From: a virus
Lineage: Duplodnaviria > Caudoviricetes
Direction: 5' to 3' (one strand)
Length of the DNA stretch: 30,462 nt
Virus record (IMG/VR): IMGVR_UViG_3300033076_000779
Location: 1-30,462 of that record
The notes below the pieces were generated by a model. That model had not been told where the DNA came from. It searched no databases and worked only from the letters and a program-made list of their open reading frames with translations. Below, in pieces: positions 1-9,725 of the stretch. Made by a program: the position numbers and the translations under genes. Within the stretch, counting starts at the first letter, position 1; the number at the start of each line of letters is the position of its first letter.

Positions 1-780
1 AACGGAGACAATGCCTTTAACACAGCGGTTGGCTATCGAGCTTTGTATTCTGGCGGCAACACTTATAGCGTTGCCGTAGGATATGACGCGCTGTTGAGCA
101 ACGTCAGCGGAACGGACAACACAGCCGTTGGCGCGCAAGCGTTAGACGCTTATACGGGCAGCAATGCGACGGCGGTTGGCCGTTCTGCGCTAGGCGCGAA
201 CACTACTGGCGCTGACAATACGGCAGTGGGCAAGGACGCGCTGCTGTTGGTATCAACCGGCGCAAACAACGTGGCGGTGGGCGCGTTTGCTGCTGATGCG
301 CTGACTACCAACGGCAACGTCACCGCCGTGGGCACGCAAGCCCTGACGGCCACCACGGGCGCGAATAACACTGCGCTAGGTCACCAAGCCGGCGATGCCG
401 TCAGCACAGGTGCGCAAAATGTGTTGATTGGCGCAAGCGCCGGTTCGTCGGGCACAAACGACCTCACCACGGGGTCAAACAACATCCTGATTGGCTACAA
501 CGCCGCCGCTTCATCGGCTACGGTCAGCAACGAAATCACGCTGGGCAACGCTAGCATCACGTCGTTCCGCATCCCCGGCATTACGCTGACGTTCAGCGTC
601 AAGTACTTCAACCACGGCACGCTGACCGTGGCCACGCTGCCTGCTGCGGCTACTGCTGGAGCGGGGGCGCGGGCATTTGTGACGGACGCCAACGCAACAA
701 CGTTTGCCTCTGTGGTTGCCGGCGGCGGCGCCAATGGCGTCCCCGTGTACAGTGATGGCACGAACTGGCGGATTGGGTGA
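1..780 (+). CDS. Tail fibre/spike-like virion protein, C-terminal part (5' truncated by the window)
   Basis: Frame is open from base 1. About 14-aa 'N(T/V)AVG..AL' beta-roll repeats (YadA-head-like) and a C-terminal 'TVATLPAA...RAFVTDA...VPVYSDGTNWRIG' module typical of phage tail proteins. Confidence 0.75.
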   Translation, partial: NGDNAFNTAVGYRALYSGGNTYSVAVGYDALLSNVSGTDNTAVGAQALDAYTGSNATAVGRSALGANTTGADNTAVGKDALLLVSTGANNVAVGAFAADALTTNGNVTAVGTQALTATTGANNTALGHQAGDAVSTGAQNVLIGASAGSSGTNDLTTGSNNILIGYNAAASSATVSNEITLGNASITSFRIPGITLTFSVKYFNHGTLTVATLPAAATAGAGARAFVTDANATTFASVVAGGGANGVPVYSDGTNWRIG

Positions 781-788
781 GGTGAATC

Positions 789-2846
789 ATGGCTGAAGTG
801 TCATCCGAATACTGGGCCTACAACGACCCGCGCTGGGCTAATGACCCGGCGTATGGCAACCCGGAGGCCATGAAATATGTCGGGCCGTGGGAACAGGTTC
901 TGCAGGCAACGGGCTTTAAGGGAAGAATGTATGAGCCCATAATTGAAATGCAGCCCAGCGAATACGGTGGGTTTGTGCCCCAAGAGGTTGGGCGGCAATA
1001 TACGTCAGAAGCAAAAGCCGCCATTGACGGCCTTCGGTCGGCCGGATACGACTTGCGGTGGAAGCATCCCGACCGCCGCACCTTCAACACCTACTGGGGG
1101 TTTATAACTCCCGATGGCGTGCAAGACATCAAGATTGCAGGCTCCGATCTCGGCGATGCAATCATGCCGATGATCAAGGTCTTCGGCGCCGGCCTCGGGC
1201 TTGCAGGCTTGGGCGCGGGGATCAATTCGCTGTTGGGTGGCGCTGGGGCCGGAGCCGGTGCAGGCGCAGGCAGCGCTCTCGGCATTGCTGAGGCTATGGC
1301 GCCTGGCGTACTCGCTCCCGCAACGGCGGCCGAGATGGCCGGCGTTAATGCGCTATTGGGCGGCGGCACCGGGGCGCTGACGGCGGCGGATTTGTCCGCT
1401 TTGCCAGCAGACGTAATGGGACAAATCAACCCCATTCCGCAGGTTGAAGTTGCCAATTTTCCGTCGTTGGGCGACAGAACTGTCACCAATGTTGTAACGC
1501 CAGGGGCGCAGGCACCGGGTGCGGCATCAACAAACGCCCTTGCGCCAGGGCCGTATCAGAACTTGACGCCAACAGAGTTGTTGCAGTTGGATTACGCAAC
1601 GACTCCGGGGCTGAACATGAGCCCGATGCCAAGCGCAACCGGCACGACGTCGCAGTTGCAGCCGTTTCCTGCGTCAACGGCAGTCACGGTTGCGCCTCCA
1701 ACGTTTGAATTCAGCCCGCTGCAAGATTTGACTGCTCCAGTTTCTGGCGCAACGGGCGCCAATGTTGGGGCAGTTGCGCCGTCTACCGGCACGATTGCCG
1801 ACCTTGCCGGCATTCCTGCGGACGCCGGGTTTGCTGCCGGCATGGGCGTTGACGCGGGCATGAACGCCTTGAATCTTGGCGCGGGAGCTGGCGCAGGCGT
1901 TCTTGGCGCCGGTGGAGGTGGTAGCGCTGGCGCTGCGCCCGTTGCTACTGCGCCGGCTGCTGTTACACCCGCTACTGCGGCAACAACTGCACCCGCTGCA
2001 GCCACTGTTGCAGAAACAGTCCTGCCTGCTGCAGCGGCTACTGGCGCCGGCGCGGCGGGCGGGGGCACAGAAGCTCTTTCTGCGCTGGACCAAGCCGCTC
2101 TTGATATGGGCGCTGGCGCCACGAACGTGGGGGCAGCAACCGGCGGCGGCTCCATCCTTGACCAGGTCATAAGTTTTTTCAGAAGCCCCGCAGGCGGCGC
2201 GGCTCTGAGCGGCCTTGGCAGCGTCATTGGTGGCATCACGCAGGCCAATGCGGCGCAAGCGGCATCAGATCAGCAAGCCGAGGCGGCGCGCAATGCTTTG
2301 GCGCTGCAGCGGGAGATGTTCGAGTACCAGAAGGGCTTGCTCGAACCCTACCGCACTGCCGGCACTGCGGCGCTGGAGCGCCTGTCTGGTGCGATGGGCC
2401 TCGGCGGCCCAGCACAGCCCCAGCAGATGCTCGAAATGGACCCCGGCTACGGCTTCCGTCTGGGCGAGGGGCTGAAGGCGCTGGAGCGCATGCAGGCGGC
2501 TCGGGGGAACATGCTGTCGGGTGGGGCGTTGAAGGCGGGCCAGCGGTATGCGCAAGATTACGCGTCCGGTGAGTACGGCAACGCCTACAATCGGCTGGCA
2601 AACATTGCGGGTCTGGGACAGACTGCCGGCACGCAACTTGGCGGCGCAGCGCAGCAGTTTGGGCAGACTGCCGGCAATGTCATGGGGCAGGAAGCTAACG
2701 CGCTTGCTGCTGGCAGAATTGGTCGCGGGTCGGCATACGGTAACGCCATCCAAGGCGGGTTGAATGCGTACAGCAACTACCTCAATCAGCAGCAGCAGAA
2801 CCAGTTGTTCCGCGACATCTTCGGGCGCACTGCGATTGGAGGCTGA
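789..2846 (+). CDS. DNA ejection/pilot protein (P22 gp7-like C-terminus) with long Ala/Gly-rich extension
   Basis: RBS GAGGTG precedes the ATG. The C-terminal 'AAQAASDQQAEAARNALALQREMF...PY...GYGFRL.EG..AL...SGGALKA.QRYAQDYASGEY.NAYNRL' pattern is typical of gp7-like DNA-transfer proteins. It is the first of three large genes after the tail genes. Confidence 0.7.
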   Translation: MAEVSSEYWAYNDPRWANDPAYGNPEAMKYVGPWEQVLQATGFKGRMYEPIIEMQPSEYGGFVPQEVGRQYTSEAKAAIDGLRSAGYDLRWKHPDRRTFNTYWGFITPDGVQDIKIAGSDLGDAIMPMIKVFGAGLGLAGLGAGINSLLGGAGAGAGAGAGSALGIAEAMAPGVLAPATAAEMAGVNALLGGGTGALTAADLSALPADVMGQINPIPQVEVANFPSLGDRTVTNVVTPGAQAPGAASTNALAPGPYQNLTPTELLQLDYATTPGLNMSPMPSATGTTSQLQPFPASTAVTVAPPTFEFSPLQDLTAPVSGATGANVGAVAPSTGTIADLAGIPADAGFAAGMGVDAGMNALNLGAGAGAGVLGAGGGGSAGAAPVATAPAAVTPATAATTAPAAATVAETVLPAAAATGAGAAGGGTEALSALDQAALDMGAGATNVGAATGGGSILDQVISFFRSPAGGAALSGLGSVIGGITQANAAQAASDQQAEAARNALALQREMFEYQKGLLEPYRTAGTAALERLSGAMGLGGPAQPQQMLEMDPGYGFRLGEGLKALERMQAARGNMLSGGALKAGQRYAQDYASGEYGNAYNRLANIAGLGQTAGTQLGGAAQQFGQTAGNVMGQEANALAAGRIGRGSAYGNAIQGGLNAYSNYLNQQQQNQLFRDIFGRTAIGG

Positions 2847-2848
2847 TC

Positions 2849-4348
2849 ATGCAGCTTGACACCAGACTCCCGCTGCTGGCCGCCCAGCAGCCTGCGCTGC
2901 AGTTCCAGCCCGAAACAAAACTCGAAAGCCTTGGCAAGATCGCGCCGGCGATCAACGCCATGCGGCAATTGCAGGCGCAGCAGATCGACATGGAAACGGA
3001 ACTGCGCAAGCGCCAAGCGTTTGATCAGTTCCGCGCTGCGGCACAGCAGGCTGGCCTAAGCGGGGATTTAGGGCAGTTGGCTCAGGTGTTTTTCACGCAT
3101 GGTCAGTCGCCGGAGCATTTCAAGTTCGGTACTGAGCTGATGAAGGCCGCGCAGGAAGACGCGCGCAACCGCCGCTTGTTTGGATACCCCAGCGAGCAGG
3201 CCGCCGCAATGGCCGCTCCCACTGGTGCGCCCAACATGGGCCGCAAGTTTGAGCAGGCCCCGGTATCTGAAGCCGCGCCGGAAATGGCGATGGGCGCTGC
3301 CGGCGGCGCGCAACCTGTGAATGCCATGATGGCGATGGAAGCGCCTGCTGCGCCTGCGGCTGCAACGCCGGCACAGCCCCGAGTTGGTGGCCCTCAGGGC
3401 TATTCGTTTGCCGGCAGGACTTATCCTGCGCCCGTAGTGCAGGAAATGCTTGCAGGCGACAAGACTCGCCCTTTGGGGCTGGAAATCATTAAGGCGAATG
3501 AGCAGAAGCGCGAAACAACGCCCGAAAAGATCCGCCTGATGCAAGCATTTGGCTATCCGATGACTCAAGAAGGGTTTGCGGCTTTTGAGGCGGCACAGCG
3601 GGCGCCGCAGCTTTCCACAGATTATCAAAATTACCAGCAAGCCCAAAAAGAAGGCTACAAAGGCAATTTTTTCCAGTACCAGCAAGAGCTTAGGAGGGCT
3701 GGGGCAACAAATGTCCCGATCAACGTAAGCACGGAGAAAAAATACGGAGAGGCATTCGGCGGGAAAATGGCGGAAGTGGACATAAACAAGTTCACGGCCG
3801 CAGAAAAGGCGCCGCAAATGGCAGAAAACGCCAACCGCATCATTGAGCTTGCAAGAAATCCCAACATTTTTGTTGGGCCTATTGCTGACATTAAGCTCAA
3901 CATTGCAAGAGCCTTTAACGTTGTTGGGGCCAACAACGAAGAAACTATTTCCAACACCGAAAGATTGATTGCCGCCACCAGTCAATCAACACTTGATGCC
4001 ATCAAGGGGGCTGGCCTTGGTGCTGGGCAAGGATTTACCGACAAGGACTTGAGGTTCTTGCAGGGTGTTGCTGGTGGAACTATAAATCTTACGGCCCAGA
4101 CACTTACAGAGCTTGCTCAAATTCAACATCGTGCAGCAGTGCGCGCGGCAGAAGCGTGGAACAAGCGTTCTAAGGAGATGCCGAGAGATGTTGCAATTGG
4201 CGCCGGGCTTTCTATGGAGCCAATTATTGTTCCGCCGCTAAGGTCCGCTGTTCCACAACGTTCTGGCGGCGCCGGTTCCTCGCCCGCTCGCACTGGCGGC
4301 ACTCGCCGAGAAATTGCCCCTGGCGTCTTCGTGACTGAGAGGCCGTAA
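2849..4348 (+). CDS. Putative DNA ejection protein (gp20-like position)
   Basis: 499 aa, Gln/Ala-rich and helical. RBS GGAGG; lies between the other two ejection-type genes. The call rests mainly on synteny. Confidence 0.55.
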   Translation: MQLDTRLPLLAAQQPALQFQPETKLESLGKIAPAINAMRQLQAQQIDMETELRKRQAFDQFRAAAQQAGLSGDLGQLAQVFFTHGQSPEHFKFGTELMKAAQEDARNRRLFGYPSEQAAAMAAPTGAPNMGRKFEQAPVSEAAPEMAMGAAGGAQPVNAMMAMEAPAAPAAATPAQPRVGGPQGYSFAGRTYPAPVVQEMLAGDKTRPLGLEIIKANEQKRETTPEKIRLMQAFGYPMTQEGFAAFEAAQRAPQLSTDYQNYQQAQKEGYKGNFFQYQQELRRAGATNVPINVSTEKKYGEAFGGKMAEVDINKFTAAEKAPQMAENANRIIELARNPNIFVGPIADIKLNIARAFNVVGANNEETISNTERLIAATSQSTLDAIKGAGLGAGQGFTDKDLRFLQGVAGGTINLTAQTLTELAQIQHRAAVRAAEAWNKRSKEMPRDVAIGAGLSMEPIIVPPLRSAVPQRSGGAGSSPARTGGTRREIAPGVFVTERP

Positions 4349-7191
4349 TGCCCAAGTACACGCTCGAAATTGGCGGCAAGACCTACGACATTGAATCCGA
4401 GCACCCGCTGTCGGATTCCGATCTGGCAACCTACGCTCGCCAGATTGCGGCGCCGCAACAAACCGCACCATCAACACCCCAGGGGCAGATCCCGGGTGCT
4501 GGGCCGTATCGTGCGCCGCCAGAACAGCTTCCGGGGCCGCGCAGCAACCCGCTGGTTGACCTTCCTGCTGGCGCAGTGCGCGGCGCGGGATCTATCGGCT
4601 CGGTGCTGGTTGAGGCTGGCAGAACTCTGATGCCCGAGTCTATGGGTGGCGCGCCGGCAGCCACGTTTTTGCCCCGCGTAGCGCAGCGCGGGCAAGACAT
4701 TTCTGCCGGCCTACAGTCTTTGGTTGGCGCCGATCCTGAAAGCCTGGCTTTTGGTGCCGGCAAACTTGCCGGCGAAGTCGCCGGCACGATGGGCGTAGGC
4801 CCTGTTATGGCTGCCGGCGCACGCGCAATGCGCGCAGGGGCTCCTATTGTTGAGGCGTTGAAGTTTGGCGGCATGACGCCCACGACGGCGCCCACGGCGT
4901 TGAGCGGCGCGGCAGCGCGGCTTGGCGGAGGCGCGGCAGTAGGTGGCACTAGCGGCGCGCTGATAAGCCCCGAGGACATTGCCACATCGGCAGTGTTGGG
5001 GACCGGTTTGCCGGCAGTTCTTGGGCCAATCAAAGCCGGCGCGGGCGCCGTCAACCGGGCCGTCATCCAACCGCTATTTGACCCTTCCAGCACCGCCAGA
5101 AACGCCATGCTGGGCGCGCTGGGCGGCGACGCGCAACAGGCCATCAATGCCCTTCGCGCAACGCAGGGAATGGAAACAACGCCTGGCTTCCGGCCGACGC
5201 TGACCGAGCGTTTGGCTGAGGGAGGCGCGGCCACGCCCACGATAGCGGCAATGGAAACGCGCTTGGCGTCGTCTTCGCCAGAAGCGAACCGGCAAATCTA
5301 CGCTGCGGCGCAGGAGCGCGTTGGGGCGCTGCAAGGTCAGCTTCAGCGGGTTGAACAGCAGCTGCAACAGCAGGCAGGCGCGTTGCGCCCAGAAGCTCAG
5401 GTACAGTTGCGGGCCGTGCGCGATCAACTGATGCAGGGCTTGGCGCGGGCGCGCAAAGAGGCCGCAGACGCGCAGACGGCTGTTGCCGGCGCGTTGCCGG
5501 ATGTGTCGCAAATTCGCATTGGCGGCGTTTTGTCTGATGAGGTTGAAAAGCAACTGCAACAGGCGCGCGGTCGCGTTACGGCGCAATACACCAAAGCCTT
5601 TCAGCTTGCCGGCGGTGAGCCAGTAATTCCGTTTGCTGGAGTTGTGGAGCGCGCTGGGGTTCTGCGCGACCAGCCCTTGCAAGAACTCAAAGGTCTTGCG
5701 CCCGAAACCGCCAAAGTGCTGCAACTGTACGGGGCCAAAGCCACGCCGCCTGCGCCCCTGGGCCGAGGCGAGGTGTCCAAGCGAATCATGGTTCGGCAAC
5801 CCGAGCCGCTGCCACCCAACGTGACGCTGGAGCAAGCCTCCGCGCTCGGGCAGGCCCTGAACATTGACTACGCTGCACTCAAGGGCTCCACGGATTCCGC
5901 GTCCAACATTGCCCGCGCCAACATCAACAAAATGCGCGCCGAGTTGGATGCGGCCATCGCAAAAAGCGGTTTGAGCGACGAAGCCAAAGCCGCCTACACC
6001 GCAGCCAAGCAGGCGCACGCCACCCAAGTGGCCGAGCGGTTCTACACCGGAACCGCCAGCAAGCTGTACCGCGAGGGCGGCAGCAGGACGCCGCTTTTGG
6101 CCGACGAAAACATCGCCAAGACCGTGCTGCAGACTGAAACCGGCGCACGCGATTTACTGGCGGCCATCGGCCCCGATCCGGCGGCAAGGCAATCACTGGC
6201 GCAAGGTATTGAAGACCTGTTCCGGCGCGAAATTGTTGATTCCGCGACAAAGGTTGTTCGCCCCGATGCGGCGGCAAACTTCTTGCAAAAATACGGCCGT
6301 CAGATAGACATGGTTGGCGGCGATCTGCGTCAGCGCCTGACGCAAGTGCAGGCTGATGCCGGCAAGACTGCGGACGCTTTCAGGCGCATTGAGTCCGTTG
6401 GCAAGGAGGTCGGCAGGCGCACCGCCAGCGAGGTGGTGGACTATGCGTTGCAGCATCCCAGCAACATGGACATGGTGCGCCGCAGAATTGGCGCGGACGC
6501 TCAGGTCGCGCTGGCCCGCGAGGTTGCCGACAGGGCGCTTGCGCCGTTGAAGGCCGGTGACGCAGATGCTGCAGTGTCGTTCTTGACCAAGAACGCCGCC
6601 ACGGCTCGCCTTGCTTTGGGCAAGGACACCTATGATGATCTGCTGCAACAGGCGCAGTTCGGTCAAGAGGTTTCCAAGCAAGCCAAGAGCCTGCAAGCTT
6701 TTGGAAAGGACGTACAGGGCGTCGTGTTTACGCGCACGCAAGGCTTCACGCCGCAGCAGTTGACCGACCTGTCGTTGGTGGCCAAGGACATCAAGCGCGC
6801 AGAAGCTGCTGCGGCCCTGTCAAAGCAAGGTCGCGCCACGGCGGCGCCCGATGTTTCTGAGCTTGCCACCGAGGCCGCTGAACAAGGCGCAGTGTCTGCG
6901 CGCAAATTCCCGCAACTTCTCAGTCGTGCGGCAACTGTTGCTCGCAATACCTGGGTCAACCTTGAGGGCAGAATCAACCGCCGTGCCGCCGCAGAACTGG
7001 TCACGTTGATGTACAAAGACCCGGATGCTGCGATTGCTGCCCTAGAAAGGGCGCAGATGCGCGCCACGACGCAAGCCAAGGGGCCTGGAATCATCAGCCG
7101 CGCCGGGGCGCAGGCCGTCAGGATTTCCGGCGCCGAGCCGTCGCGCCCCAACACTCTTGCCCCACAACCCACCAACGCCCTCATCGACTGA
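4348..7191 (+). CDS. Putative large DNA ejection/internal virion protein (gp16-like position)
   Basis: 947 aa with Gly/Ala-rich hydrophobic segments near the N-terminus and a long helical remainder. TAATG coupling to the upstream gene; last structural gene before the lysis cluster. Confidence 0.6.
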   Translation: MPKYTLEIGGKTYDIESEHPLSDSDLATYARQIAAPQQTAPSTPQGQIPGAGPYRAPPEQLPGPRSNPLVDLPAGAVRGAGSIGSVLVEAGRTLMPESMGGAPAATFLPRVAQRGQDISAGLQSLVGADPESLAFGAGKLAGEVAGTMGVGPVMAAGARAMRAGAPIVEALKFGGMTPTTAPTALSGAAARLGGGAAVGGTSGALISPEDIATSAVLGTGLPAVLGPIKAGAGAVNRAVIQPLFDPSSTARNAMLGALGGDAQQAINALRATQGMETTPGFRPTLTERLAEGGAATPTIAAMETRLASSSPEANRQIYAAAQERVGALQGQLQRVEQQLQQQAGALRPEAQVQLRAVRDQLMQGLARARKEAADAQTAVAGALPDVSQIRIGGVLSDEVEKQLQQARGRVTAQYTKAFQLAGGEPVIPFAGVVERAGVLRDQPLQELKGLAPETAKVLQLYGAKATPPAPLGRGEVSKRIMVRQPEPLPPNVTLEQASALGQALNIDYAALKGSTDSASNIARANINKMRAELDAAIAKSGLSDEAKAAYTAAKQAHATQVAERFYTGTASKLYREGGSRTPLLADENIAKTVLQTETGARDLLAAIGPDPAARQSLAQGIEDLFRREIVDSATKVVRPDAAANFLQKYGRQIDMVGGDLRQRLTQVQADAGKTADAFRRIESVGKEVGRRTASEVVDYALQHPSNMDMVRRRIGADAQVALAREVADRALAPLKAGDADAAVSFLTKNAATARLALGKDTYDDLLQQAQFGQEVSKQAKSLQAFGKDVQGVVFTRTQGFTPQQLTDLSLVAKDIKRAEAAAALSKQGRATAAPDVSELATEAAEQGAVSARKFPQLLSRAATVARNTWVNLEGRINRRAAAELVTLMYKDPDAAIAALERAQMRATTQAKGPGIISRAGAQAVRISGAEPSRPNTLAPQPTNALID

Positions 7192-7415
7192 TGGACACCC
7201 AAACCCTTTTCAACGTCGCGGTGACGCTAGCCGGGTTCCTTGGCGGCTGGATTCTGAACAACATCTGGCAATCCATCAGATTGCTAGACAAGGATGTCCG
7301 TCAGATGCCGCATGTCTACGTGGCCAAAGAGGACTACAAGGCGGACATTGGCGAGATCAAGTCAATGCTGGCTCGTATCTTTGATAAGCTAGACGACAAG
7401 GCCGACAAGCCGTGA
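7191..7415 (+). CDS. Small single-TM protein with C-terminal coiled coil (holin/antiholin/i-spanin-like)
   Basis: N-terminal hydrophobic helix (LFNVAVTLAGFLGGWIL) followed by an amphipathic helix. TGATG coupling; first gene of the lysis cluster. Confidence 0.6.
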   Translation: MDTQTLFNVAVTLAGFLGGWILNNIWQSIRLLDKDVRQMPHVYVAKEDYKADIGEIKSMLARIFDKLDDKADKP

Positions 7416-7418
7416 ACC

Positions 7419-7853
7419 ATGCTGGCCGAACTTGCCGCCGCAAATGCCGCCTACGCGGTAATTAAGGAGACGCTTGCCAACGGCGGGGATTTGATCTCTG
7501 TCGGCGGCAAGTTGGCAGAGTACGTCGGACTCAAGCAAAAGATCGCGGCCAAGTCCAAAGAGAATGGCGGCATATGCGATGAATTCTGGGCGCTGGAGAA
7601 ACTGCGCCAGCAGGAGGAGGAGCTAAAGACGCTTCTGATCTACCAAGGCCGGCCTGGCCTGTGGGATGATTGGCTGAGGTTCCAAGAGAACAAACGCAAA
7701 GAAGAAGCGGAACAGGCACAGCAGGAAAAGAAAAAGTACGCCAACAGGCGCGAGATAGCAAAGACTGTTGGGCTATCGCTTTTGATTGTTTTGCTTTGCT
7801 TTTCGCTTATAGGCGTTGTCGTTCTGGCAATACTGGTGACGAGGCAAATGTGA
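7419..7853 (+). CDS. Hypothetical protein with coiled coil and C-terminal TM anchor
   Basis: 144 aa; charged coiled-coil segment followed by about 25 hydrophobic residues at the C-terminus. Confidence 0.65.
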   Translation: MLAELAAANAAYAVIKETLANGGDLISVGGKLAEYVGLKQKIAAKSKENGGICDEFWALEKLRQQEEELKTLLIYQGRPGLWDDWLRFQENKRKEEAEQAQQEKKKYANRREIAKTVGLSLLIVLLCFSLIGVVVLAILVTRQM

Positions 7854-8020
7854 AAACGCATCTGCTGATTTTGTTATTGGCTTTAGCCGCAGTTGGCTGC
7901 GAAGATCGCTATCGATATCCGTGCCAAAATCCGGCCAAAAAAGATTTGCCAGAGTGTCAAGAGGACGCGTGTAAGGCAACTAGAACCTGTAGTGACATGG
8001 CGTATGGAAACAAAAAGTGA
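7850..8020 (+). CDS. Small Cys-rich lipoprotein (candidate o-spanin)
   Basis: GTG start overlaps the upstream stop (GTGA). MKTHLLILLLALAAVG|C is a signal peptide II with lipobox; four further Cys in the 40-aa mature part. Confidence 0.7.
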   Translation: MKTHLLILLLALAAVGCEDRYRYPCQNPAKKDLPECQEDACKATRTCSDMAYGNKK

Positions 8021-8261
8021 TCTTGACGCGCTTTTGCGCTTCATTGTGGGCATCACTTTGGCGCTCACCCTTGTGATCATTGTTTGCGTTGTCCTGTACA
8101 GCCTAGTGTTTGTCACGCAGCCGTTTGGCGCAATGGCGCCGGCAGACACTGAGTTCTTTAAGCTCATCACCCCGCTGGCCACGTTCATTGCCGGCGCGCT
8201 TGGCGGCATCATGGCCGGCAAAAGCGGCAGCAACAAGTGCAAAGATCGCGGCGACGATTAG
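8004..8261 (+). CDS. Two-TM membrane protein (holin-like)
   Basis: ATG at 8004 (METKSD...). Two hydrophobic helices separated by a short loop, and a charged C-tail. Confidence 0.65.
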   Translation: METKSDLDALLRFIVGITLALTLVIIVCVVLYSLVFVTQPFGAMAPADTEFFKLITPLATFIAGALGGIMAGKSGSNKCKDRGDD

Positions 8262-8291
8262 CGCCGCGCGCGTCCTTCAAGGAGTAAATTA

Positions 8292-8795
8292 ATGCTCAGT
8301 CTGCTTTCAACCCTCGGCGGCCTGCTAATTAGCGGTCTGCCAAAACTGCTGGAGTTCTTTCAGAACAAGTCCGACCAGAAGCACGAACTTTCCCTAGCCA
8401 AGCTCCAGACGGAGCGCGAGCTTCAGCTTGCCGCCCAGGGCTACGCTGCCCAAGCCAAGATGGAGGAGATTCGCTCCGAGCAGGTTGCCATGCAGACTGA
8501 AGCGCAGATGACCGAGGCGGCCCTGCGGCACGATGAGAAGGTCCTAGAGAAGGCCAGCCAGTGGGTGGCGAACTACGTTGGCACGGTGAGGCCAACGGTG
8601 ACCTACATTTTCATTCTAGAGCTTGTGCTGATCAACGCGGCACTGACGCTCTACGTTTGGAAGCATCCCGGCCTCATTCAGACTGTTGATGACCTAATCC
8701 GCGTGACGGCCATCATCTTTAGCGAGGACGAGATGGCGATGCTTGGCGGCATCATTGGGTTCTGGTTTGGAAGCCGGCAATGGAGCAAGAAGTGA
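8292..8795 (+). CDS. Holin, GTA_holin_3TM/DUF3154-like
   Basis: RBS AAGGAG. N-terminal hydrophobic helix, coiled coil, 'VRP', two further TM helices and C-terminal 'GFWFGSR'; directly precedes the endolysin. Confidence 0.7.
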   Translation: MLSLLSTLGGLLISGLPKLLEFFQNKSDQKHELSLAKLQTERELQLAAQGYAAQAKMEEIRSEQVAMQTEAQMTEAALRHDEKVLEKASQWVANYVGTVRPTVTYIFILELVLINAALTLYVWKHPGLIQTVDDLIRVTAIIFSEDEMAMLGGIIGFWFGSRQWSKK

Positions 8796-9295
8796 AGTTA
8801 AGCTTTGCCGGCGAGGAACTAATGCACAGGTACGAGGGCTACAGAAACAGGCCCTACCTGTGCCCCGCTCACATCTGGACCGTTGGGTATGGTCATGTGC
8901 TGTATCAGGACCAGATCCAATTGCCCGTAGTCAGGAAGGAAGGGTATGCAGGATTCATCCGCAAAGAGTACCCGCTCCGGCAAGAGCACAACCGTTCGTG
9001 GTCGATGTCCGAGATTGATCAGCTATTCCGGGCTGACGTCGCTGCTTTTGAACGAGGTGTTCTTCGTCTTGTTCCCGGCTGTGCTGGTCATCAAGGCCGG
9101 TTCGACGCTCTGGTCAGTTTTGCGTTTAATGCCGGCCTAGGCAACCTGCAGCGCAGTCAGATCCGCATGAAGGCAAACCGAGGTGATGTTGAAGGGGCTG
9201 CTGATGCGTTCATGCAGTGGACCAAAGGTGGCGGCAGAGAGCTACCGGGCCTTGTCAAGCGGCGCAAAGATGAGCGTGCGTTGTTTCTATCCTAG
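8792..9295 (+). CDS. Endolysin, GH24 phage lysozyme
   Basis: Catalytic triad E-x8-C-x5-T (EGYRNRPYLCPAHIWT), plus 'GYGH', 'FDALVSFAFNAG' and 'LPGLVKRR..E..LF'. The GTG start overlaps the holin stop. Confidence 0.92.
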   Translation: MKLSFAGEELMHRYEGYRNRPYLCPAHIWTVGYGHVLYQDQIQLPVVRKEGYAGFIRKEYPLRQEHNRSWSMSEIDQLFRADVAAFERGVLRLVPGCAGHQGRFDALVSFAFNAGLGNLQRSQIRMKANRGDVEGAADAFMQWTKGGGRELPGLVKRRKDERALFLS

Positions 9296-9444
9296 CTGGG
9301 CCAGAAAAACGTCAGCAAAGCAATAGTTGCAACGGCCACTGTGGCCGTGATGGCCACAAATCCAAAAGAGCGGTCAAACTCGTCTGCGTAGTCGTCTCCG
9401 ACATCGGTGGCGGCCTCTGCCGGCGCTGGTTGTGTGTCGTGCAT
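9292..9444 (-). CDS. Small acidic protein with C-terminal TM helix (50 aa)
   Basis: The ATG overlaps the TAA of the DUF3310 gene (TAATG). Acidic N-terminus followed by a hydrophobic helix. Confidence 0.55.
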   Translation of the reverse strand: MHDTQPAPAEAATDVGDDYADEFDRSFGFVAITATVAVATIALLTFFWPS

Positions 9445-9725
9445 TACCGCTGCTCCGTAACGCGCGCATCCCATGTGGCGCGCTGTGCGCGTAGCGTAGC
9501 ATCTGCCGCCGTATCCGGCGCGGCTTGGCCAGACTCCACTTCGATCAGCTTTTCAATGTAATGCTTGGCCTTGCGGAGGTCTTCTACGCCGCCTTTCTGC
9601 CGCCAGCGTGAGACGTATTTGACGACGTTGCCTTCAAGATAGCCAAGATTGTTGGCTATCACGTAGTCCCAGACTTGAAGTGGCTTGTCTTTGTAGTGGC
9701 CGGGGCCGGTGTTGTTTGCGCTCAT
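9444..9725 (-). CDS. DUF3310 (SaV-like / T7 gp1.7-related) protein
   Basis: Signature 'HY...V.DY...LGYLEGNVVKY.SRWR.KGG.EDL.KA.HY'. Confidence 0.85.
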   Translation of the reverse strand: MSANNTGPGHYKDKPLQVWDYVIANNLGYLEGNVVKYVSRWRQKGGVEDLRKAKHYIEKLIEVESGQAAPDTAADATLRAQRATWDARVTEQR

